From Pseudomonadota bacterium (GTDB taxonomy: Bacteria > Pseudomonadota > Alphaproteobacteria > SP197), in contig JAQCLG010000001.1 in NCBI GenBank assembly GCA_027592745.1, positions 1 through 55,178 on the forward strand: a stretch of 55,178 nt of DNA, in the 5' to 3' direction. Below are positions 49,586 through 55,178 of the stretch, one piece after another. The notes under the pieces were generated by a model. The model was not told where the DNA came from. It worked only from the letters and a program-made list of their open reading frames with translations, and did not search any database. Position 1 is the stretch's first letter. The number at the start of each line of letters is the position of its first letter. Made by a program: the position numbers and the translations under genes.

Positions 49586-50461
49586 TCAGGCGCCGCGGCG
49601 GCTGCGCTCGCGCAGGGAGATGTAGATGCCGCTCGTCACGATGATGCCGATGCCCAGCCAGCTCCAGCCATCGGGGAAGTTGTCGAACCAGAACAGGCCG
49701 ATGATCGTGGCCGCGACGATCTCGAAGTAGCCGAAGGGCGCCAGCAGCGAGGCCGAGACGTGGCCGTAGGCGCGGATCGTCATGTAATGGCCCGCGCCGG
49801 TCACCGCACCGATCGCGGCCAGCATCGCCCAGGTCGCCGGATCGGGCGTACGCCAGTCCAGGGCGACGAAACAGGAAAGCACCATGGCCGCGACGATGCC
49901 CTGGACGAAGATCGAGATCAGCGGGTCGGCCCGCGTCGCGATGCGCCGGGTGAGCACGATGTAGAAGGCAAAGGCGACGCTGCCGGCCAGAGAGAGCAGC
50001 GCACCGGTGTCGAGCGCGCCCAGCGACGGCTTGATGATGAAGAGCGTGCCGCAGAAGCCGACGATCACCGCCGACCAGCGCCGCCAGCCGGTGCGTTCGC
50101 CCAGCAGCCAGGGCGCCAGCGCAGTCACCAGGAAGGGATAGGCAAAGAAGATGGCGATGGCATCGGCCAGGGGAATGCGCGCGATCGCCATGAAGAACAG
50201 GAAGGTCGAGGTCATGTGCAGCAGGCTGCGCGCGACCTGGGCCCAGGGTTCGGGCGGGCGCAGCAGGCCAAGCCCATGGCGCCGCACGGCGAGCGGGGCC
50301 ACCAGCAGGGTCTGGAAGACGTAACGCGCCCAGACGATCTGGAGCACCGAGAAGCCGATGTCGGCCAGGTGCTTGGCAAAGCCGTCGCCCACCGAAAGGA
50401 TGGTGACCGCGGGCAGCAGAAGCATGAGGGCCGCGGCAAGCGGCGTGCGTGGAACGGCCAA
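49586..50461 (-). CDS. EamA/DMT family transporter
   Basis: 10-TM pattern. The start is uncertain. TTG at 50461 with GGAG 7 nt upstream is preferred; ATG at 50425 is the alternative. Confidence 0.7.
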   Translation of the reverse strand: MAVPRTPLAAALMLLLPAVTILSVGDGFAKHLADIGFSVLQIVWARYVFQTLLVAPLAVRRHGLGLLRPPEPWAQVARSLLHMTSTFLFFMAIARIPLADAIAIFFAYPFLVTALAPWLLGERTGWRRWSAVIVGFCGTLFIIKPSLGALDTGALLSLAGSVAFAFYIVLTRRIATRADPLISIFVQGIVAAMVLSCFVALDWRTPDPATWAMLAAIGAVTGAGHYMTIRAYGHVSASLLAPFGYFEIVAATIIGLFWFDNFPDGWSWLGIGIIVTSGIYISLRERSRRGA

Positions 50462-50606
50462 GATCTGGCTCCGGGTGGGCCTGTCGCTCCCATACACAGC
50501 CCCGCCCCGCACCGCCAGCGGCAAACGCCTCCCTTGTCCTGGATCAAGAGCATGGCAACGCCGGCCATGGCAGACTGAAGCTCTGCATGCGAATCGGGAG
50601 CACGCC

Positions 50607-52084
50607 ATGTTCGAATCCGCCGAACTGGGCCACCAGGTCGACAAGAAGACCTACGAGGCCGAGGAGCCGGAACTGCGCACCGCCCTGCTGGAGGCGCAGT
50701 TCGACCTCGCCCAGGCCAGGAAGTTTCCGGTCATCATCCTGGTCGGCGGCGTCGACGGTGCCGGCAAGGGTCCGGTCGTCAACGTGCTCAACGCCTGGAT
50801 GGACCCGCGCCTGATCGAGACCAACGGCATGGGCGCCCCCTCCGACGAGGAAGCCGACCGGCCCCCCATGTGGCGCTTCTAGCGCGCCCTGCCGCCGGCC
50901 AGCAAGATCGGCATCTTCTTCGGGTCCTGGTACACGCAGCCAATCGTCCGCCGTGTCTACGGCGAGACCCGCGACACCGACCTCGAGCGCAGCATCGAGG
51001 AGATCGAGCGCTTCGAGACGATGCTGGCCGCCGAAGGCGCGCTGATCCTGAAGTTCTGGTTCCACCTCTCCAAGAAGGCCCAGAAGAAGCGTCTGAAGGC
51101 CCTGGAAAACGACCCGGTCAACCGTTGGCGGGTGCAGGAAACCGACTGGGAGCGCTTCGAGATGTACGACCGCTTCCGCAAGGTCTCCGAACTGGCCCTG
51201 CGCCGGACCAGCAAGGGTCACGCGCCCTGGCACGTCATCGAGGGGGTCGACGAGCGCTTCCGCAACCTCACCGTCGGGCGCACCCTGCTTGCCGCGCTGC
51301 GCGAACGCCTGGACGGGACGCCCGAATCGCCGGCCGCGGCCGCCGCACCCCCGCCCCTGCCCAGTGTCGACGGACGCAATGTCGTGGGTGCCCTGGACCT
51401 GTCGCAGTCGCTTTCGAAGAAGGCCTACGAACGCCAGTTGCTCGAACTGCAGGAACGCCTCAACGGCCTCAGCCGGCACAAGCGGTTCCGCAAGCATGCC
51501 GTGGTCGCCGTCTTCGAAGGCAACGACGCGGCGGGCAAGGGCGGCGCCATCCGGCGCGTCACCGGCGCGCTCGACGCGCGTTTCTACCGCGTCGTGCCGG
51601 TCGCCCCCCGAGCGAGGAGGAGCGCCTGCACCCCTATCTCTGGCGTTTCTGGCGCCATATCCCAAGGCACGGCCACAACGTCATCTTCGACCGTTCCTGG
51701 TACGGCCGCGTCCTGGTGGAACGGGTCGAGGGGCTGAGCCCCGAGGACGACTGGATGCGGGCCTACGGCGAGATCAACGATTTCGAGGAGGAACTGGCCG
51801 GCCACGGCTGCATTCTCGCCAAGTTCTGGCTGGCGATCGACCGGGACGAACAGGAGGCCCGCTTCAAGGCGCGCGAGGACACCGGCTACAAGCGCTTCAA
51901 GCTGACCCAGGAGGACTGGCGCAACCGCGACAAGTGGGACCTCTACGTCCACGCCGTCAGCGACATGGTCGACCGCACCAGCACGACGATCGCGCCTTGG
52001 ACCCTGGTCGAGGCCAACGACAAGCATCACGCCCGCATCAAGGTGCTCGAGACGCTCTGTGATCGGATCGAGGCGCAGTTCTAG
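50607..52084 (+). pseudogene. two-domain polyphosphate kinase 2 (PAP-like), with an in-frame TAG and a 1-nt frameshift
   Basis: Domain 1 reads VGGVDGAGKG ... PPMWRF-TAG-RALPPASKIGIFFGSWY, with TAG at 50880-50882. Domain 2 reads EGNDAAGKGG ... VVPVAP, then shifts frame at the C6 run 51604-51609 to SEEERLHPYLWRFWRHIP...IFDRSWY. Confidence 0.75.
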
Positions 52085-52137
52085 AAGGACTCGCCCCACG
52101 CTCGCGTGCGTCGACCGGGCTGCCCATGCGCAAGTGT

Positions 52138-52175
52138 TAATGAGAATGATTTGCATTTGCAAATTACTCTCATTA
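52138..52175. promoter_or_regulatory. 38-bp AT-rich palindromic operator
   Basis: TAATGAGAATGATTTGCA-tt-TGCAAATTACTCTCATTA, with 16 of 18 arm positions symmetric. Lies 35 nt upstream of the ATG at 52210. Confidence 0.6.
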
Positions 52176-52209
52176 GGCTCCACTCCTCCGACGCAAGGAG
52201 CCAGTGCCC

Positions 52210-52722
52210 ATGTCCCCGCCACCGTTTCGTCCGGGTTATCCCGAGGAACTCGCCGTGCTCGATCTCGACACGGCAGAGACCTTCGTTCTTGCCACCACGC
52301 GCCTGTGGGCCGCGCCCCATCGCGACCCCTGGCATCCCCATCCCGACTGGCGCGGCGGCTTTCGCGCCGCCGGGGTCAATAGCGACGGCGCCCACGCCTT
52401 CGACACCCTGTTCTGGATCGTGGTTGCCGGCGGCCACCACGTGCTCGATGTGCGCTGCCCGCGCTGTACCCGCCTGGGCGCCGACGAGGCCTGGATGCTC
52501 CAGCTCACCGGTTACGCCCAGATGGGCCGCAGCGACCTGACGGAACTCGCCCTGGGCCACTGGCTGCCCGCCACGGCCGCGCGAGCCGCCGTGGTTCACG
52601 CCACGATCTTCGGCAGCGCCCTGGTTGCCGCCGGCCTCATGGTACCGCTGCACCGCCGCATGAGCCGGCCGGCAACGCGCCTGGCCAGCCCGACCCACGC
52701 CGCCCCCGCGGCGCTGCACTGA
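52210..52722 (+). CDS. hypothetical protein P1 (LDLDT and CPRC motifs)
   Basis: ATG at 52210 with AGGAG 9 nt upstream. No family recognised. Confidence 0.55.
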   Translation: MSPPPFRPGYPEELAVLDLDTAETFVLATTRLWAAPHRDPWHPHPDWRGGFRAAGVNSDGAHAFDTLFWIVVAGGHHVLDVRCPRCTRLGADEAWMLQLTGYAQMGRSDLTELALGHWLPATAARAAVVHATIFGSALVAAGLMVPLHRRMSRPATRLASPTHAAPAALH

Positions 52723-52743
52723 ACGGGCGGACAAGAACGGACC

Positions 52744-53305
52744 ATGACCTTTGTCTCCGTGCTGACTCAGCGCCGCGCCCTGCCGCCGCCACGCCGCTAG
52801 GGGCGGCTCAACCGCATCGACGTACTCCAGGCGATCCGCCACGTCGCGCTCGACCTCGATACCGAAGCCGTGGCGCAACGGCGTTTCGTCGCCATGCTGG
52901 GCGACGAGCGGGGAGCGGCCTGCTTCCACTCGCTGCTGGCGCTCGTGATGACCCTGTGCTGCCACGGCCGGCGGCCCTTCGTCGTCGGCCATCCGCGCAG
53001 CCCACTGCCCTCGGTCACCGAACGCCATGTCCTGGCCCTGCTGGCTGCCGCGCAGTCCGGTCATGGCGAGGAGGTCGACATCCGCCTCGTGACCCTGCTT
53101 GCCCGCACCCTGGCGCCAGGCTGCCGCCAGGGATCTCGCGGCCATCGCGCAGTACCTCTCCGGCGCGGGCGTGCCGCTGGCGGTGCCGCTCGATGCAGCG
53201 CCGCCGCGCTGCCGCAGCTGGGGCCGCCCCGGTCGGCCCCGGCCATCGGAGACCGACACGCTCGCACGCAATTCCAATCCCAACCAAAAGGAGATCTCGA
53301 CATGA
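52744..53305 (+). pseudogene. degraded paralog (P2) of the preceding gene
   Basis: Frame from ATG 52744 has TAG at 52798-52800, then ALDLDTEAV...CFHSLLALV...ERHVLALLAAAQSG, resembling P1. Similarity continues in the +1 frame from about 53099 (PWRQAAARDLAAIAQYLSGAGVPLAVPL). That frame ends at TGA 53303-53305, overlapping the peroxiredoxin ATG. Confidence 0.3.
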
Positions 53306-53835
53306 GCCAGCAGGAACGCAAAGCCGGCGACCGGGTGCCCGACGTGACCTTCCGCGTGCGCCGCAACGATGCCTTCCACGACGTCACCACGGCCGACCTG
53401 TTCGCGGGCAGGCGCGTGGCGCTGTTTGCCCTTCCCGGCGCCTTCATGCCGACCTGCTCGTCGACCCACCTGCCCGGCTTCATCGGCCATGCCGACAAGC
53501 TGCGCGCGGCGGGCATCGATGCGATCTACTGCCTGTCGGTCAACGATTCCTTCGTGATGAACGCCTGGGCCGCCGACCAGGGCGCGACCGAGGACAGTGT
53601 CGTCATGATCCCCGATGGCAGCGGCCATTTCAGCCGCGCCATGGGCATGCTGGTGAACAAGGACGACCTGGGTTTCGGCGACCGTTCGTGGCGCTACGCC
53701 ATGGTGGTGAACGACGGCGTGATCGAGCAGATCTGGAGCGAGGACCGCGACACGCCGGACGACCCCTTCGCCGTGTCGGATGCCGCGACCATGCTGGGCT
53801 GGCTCGAGGGGAGGAACCAGAAGCCGGCGGATTGA
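53302..53835 (+). CDS. peroxiredoxin (Prx5/PrxD-like, AhpC/TSA family)
   Basis: AAGGAGA RBS. Peroxidatic-Cys motif PGAFMPTCS. Confidence 0.88.
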   Translation: MSQQERKAGDRVPDVTFRVRRNDAFHDVTTADLFAGRRVALFALPGAFMPTCSSTHLPGFIGHADKLRAAGIDAIYCLSVNDSFVMNAWAADQGATEDSVVMIPDGSGHFSRAMGMLVNKDDLGFGDRSWRYAMVVNDGVIEQIWSEDRDTPDDPFAVSDAATMLGWLEGRNQKPAD

Positions 53836-53988
53836 CGGCGCCGGGAGAAACATCAGACTTTCGCCCATGGCACGTCCCAGGGAACACGGCATCCGCCTAA
53901 GCCGCGCCGGTCATCGCCCCGGTGAAGGACTTCTTCCGCCGGGTGCTCTCGGCAGGGCAGACTGCACCGGCCAACGGGAGACGCCTCC

Positions 53989-55104
53989 ATGAGTCAGGCT
54001 GACCTTGCCTTCCCCCTGATCGACGCTACGGGTTCGCCCTTCGAGCGCGGTCGCGACTACGGTCGCGGCGCGGCCGAGCGCATCGCGGTCTCGGTCGCGA
54101 TCTACGAGGAGCCCCTGGCCCGCCAGGGCCTGCCGTGGTCGACCGTGCGCGCCATCGCGGGGCGTTACCTGCCGCGCCTGGAAGCCTTTTCGGGCGATCT
54201 GACCGAGGAGATTCGCGGCATCGCGGCCGGCTGCGAACGGCCGGTCGAGGACATCGTGGCGCTGAACGCACGCACCGAACTGCTCTACGACAAGTCGCTG
54301 CGCGAGGGCCTCGACACCCTGCCGCCCGATGGCTGCACGGGCGCCATCGCCCTGCCCGGCACCACCGCCGACGGCCACATGCTGCACGGCCAGAACTGGG
54401 ACTGGCTCGATGCCTGCAAGGATTCCGCGGTGGTCGTGCGCATGACCTATCCCGACGGCATGCGCCTGCTGACCTTCGTCGAGGCCGGCATCCTGGCGCG
54501 CGCGGGCATGAACAGCCACGGCATCGCGGTCACCGGCAACTTTCTCAACACGCCCTCGCGCCCCGCCGAGGGTGCGGTGCCGATCCCGCTGGTGCGCCGG
54601 CGCGTGCTGGAATCGGCAACGCTGTTCGGGGCGGTGGGCGAGGTCCTGAACTCGCCCCGTTCGTTCTGCAACAACATGATGATCAGCGATGCCGCCGGCG
54701 AGGCGGTGGACCTGGAGACCACGCCCGAGGAGGCGTTCTGGGAACTGCCCGAACAGGGCATGCTGGTCCATTCCAACCATTTCCGCACCCAAGCGGCGCG
54801 GGCCCGCGTCAAGGACACGGGCCTGATGGCCTCGCCCGACTCGATCTACCGTGACCGCCGCGTCGAGGCCCACCTGCGCCAGCGCGCGGGGCAGGTCACC
54901 CAGGGCGACCTGCAGGCCGCCTTTGCCGACACCTATGGCGCACCGCGCGGCGTCTGCCGCTCACCCACGCCCGAGACCAACGAGCGGGCACCGACCTCCA
55001 CCGTCGCCTCGCTGATCATGGACACCACGGCCGGCCACATGTGGCTGGCACGTGCACCCTACGACCAGCCGGCCCGCTACAGCCGCTACGATCTCCACGG
55101 CTGA
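53989..55104 (+). CDS. peptidase C45 / acyl-CoA:6-APA acyltransferase-like protein
   Basis: 371 aa. Self-processing-type DGCTGA motif and GQNWDW. Confidence 0.75.
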   Translation: MSQADLAFPLIDATGSPFERGRDYGRGAAERIAVSVAIYEEPLARQGLPWSTVRAIAGRYLPRLEAFSGDLTEEIRGIAAGCERPVEDIVALNARTELLYDKSLREGLDTLPPDGCTGAIALPGTTADGHMLHGQNWDWLDACKDSAVVVRMTYPDGMRLLTFVEAGILARAGMNSHGIAVTGNFLNTPSRPAEGAVPIPLVRRRVLESATLFGAVGEVLNSPRSFCNNMMISDAAGEAVDLETTPEEAFWELPEQGMLVHSNHFRTQAARARVKDTGLMASPDSIYRDRRVEAHLRQRAGQVTQGDLQAAFADTYGAPRGVCRSPTPETNERAPTSTVASLIMDTTAGHMWLARAPYDQPARYSRYDLHG

Positions 55105-55120
55105 GGCAGACAGGGCCCGA

Positions 55121-55178
55121 TCTAGAGCGGATCACGATTAGCCGGAACCGCCGAGCGGTTCCGGCTAATCGTGTGAAT
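55121..55178. repeat. REP-like nested palindrome (module a), truncated by the window end
   Basis: TCTAGAGCGGATCACGATTAGCCGGAACCGC-cga-GCGGTTCCGGCTAATCGTGTGAAT. Same architecture as 48586-48649, with compensatory stem changes. Confidence 0.85.

Noticed and set aside
51604-51609. Programmed ribosomal frameshifting at the C-runs in PPK2 (51604-51609) and paralog b (40783-40786).
   Set aside because: There is no slippery heptamer or downstream pseudoknot, and PPK2 also carries a nonsense codon. A simple homopolymer deletion, real or artefactual, is more parsimonious.
52138-52175. Calling the palindrome a definite Fur box.
   Set aside because: Only 13 of 19 positions match the classical consensus by my count, and the half-site arrangement differs from the alphaproteobacterial Mur/Fur sites I remember. 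It is kept as an operator of unknown regulator.

Overview
High-GC chromosomal segment (about two-thirds G+C by eye). Gene content and order look alphaproteobacterial: recJ-glpX-hom, rplM-rpsI, glnB-glnA, parE, phaC, argC. A Rhodospirillales-like origin is only an inference. I call about 60 protein genes and 2 tRNAs (Glu-UUC, His-GUG). I see no rRNA, CRISPR, transposase, integrase or phage genes. Most of the window is housekeeping, amino-acid metabolism and exporters. Eight things stand out. (1) A translationally coupled four-gene operon (504-4035) that matches no pathway I know. It encodes a thermostable-hemolysin/GNAT-like acyltransferase, an adenylating ligase, a heme-oxygenase-like diiron enzyme and an SDR. 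It sits directly downstream of a two-component system and a secreted protein. (2) Both two-component genes carry in-frame stop codons. A two-domain PPK2 carries an in-frame TAG plus a frameshift, and two other genes look disrupted. (3) A family of nested-palindrome, REP/BIME-like intergenic elements at four loci (39.5, 46.5, 48.6 and 55.1 kb). Their stems show compensatory changes, and their CTAG ends supply TAG stops to flanking genes. (4) Three tandem secreted paralogs with six conserved Cys and a C-terminal WCAFRxFxPQC motif (39562-41469), next to a very AT-rich island. (5) Three tandem paralogous multi-pass membrane proteins (34433-37197). (6) A fused tandem, ligand-degenerate bacterioferritin-like protein. 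(7) A 38-bp AT-rich palindromic operator upstream of a hypothetical-paralog/peroxiredoxin operon. (8) A sigma54-type promoter and direct repeats upstream of glnB. All family assignments come from reading motifs and from memory; no searches were run.
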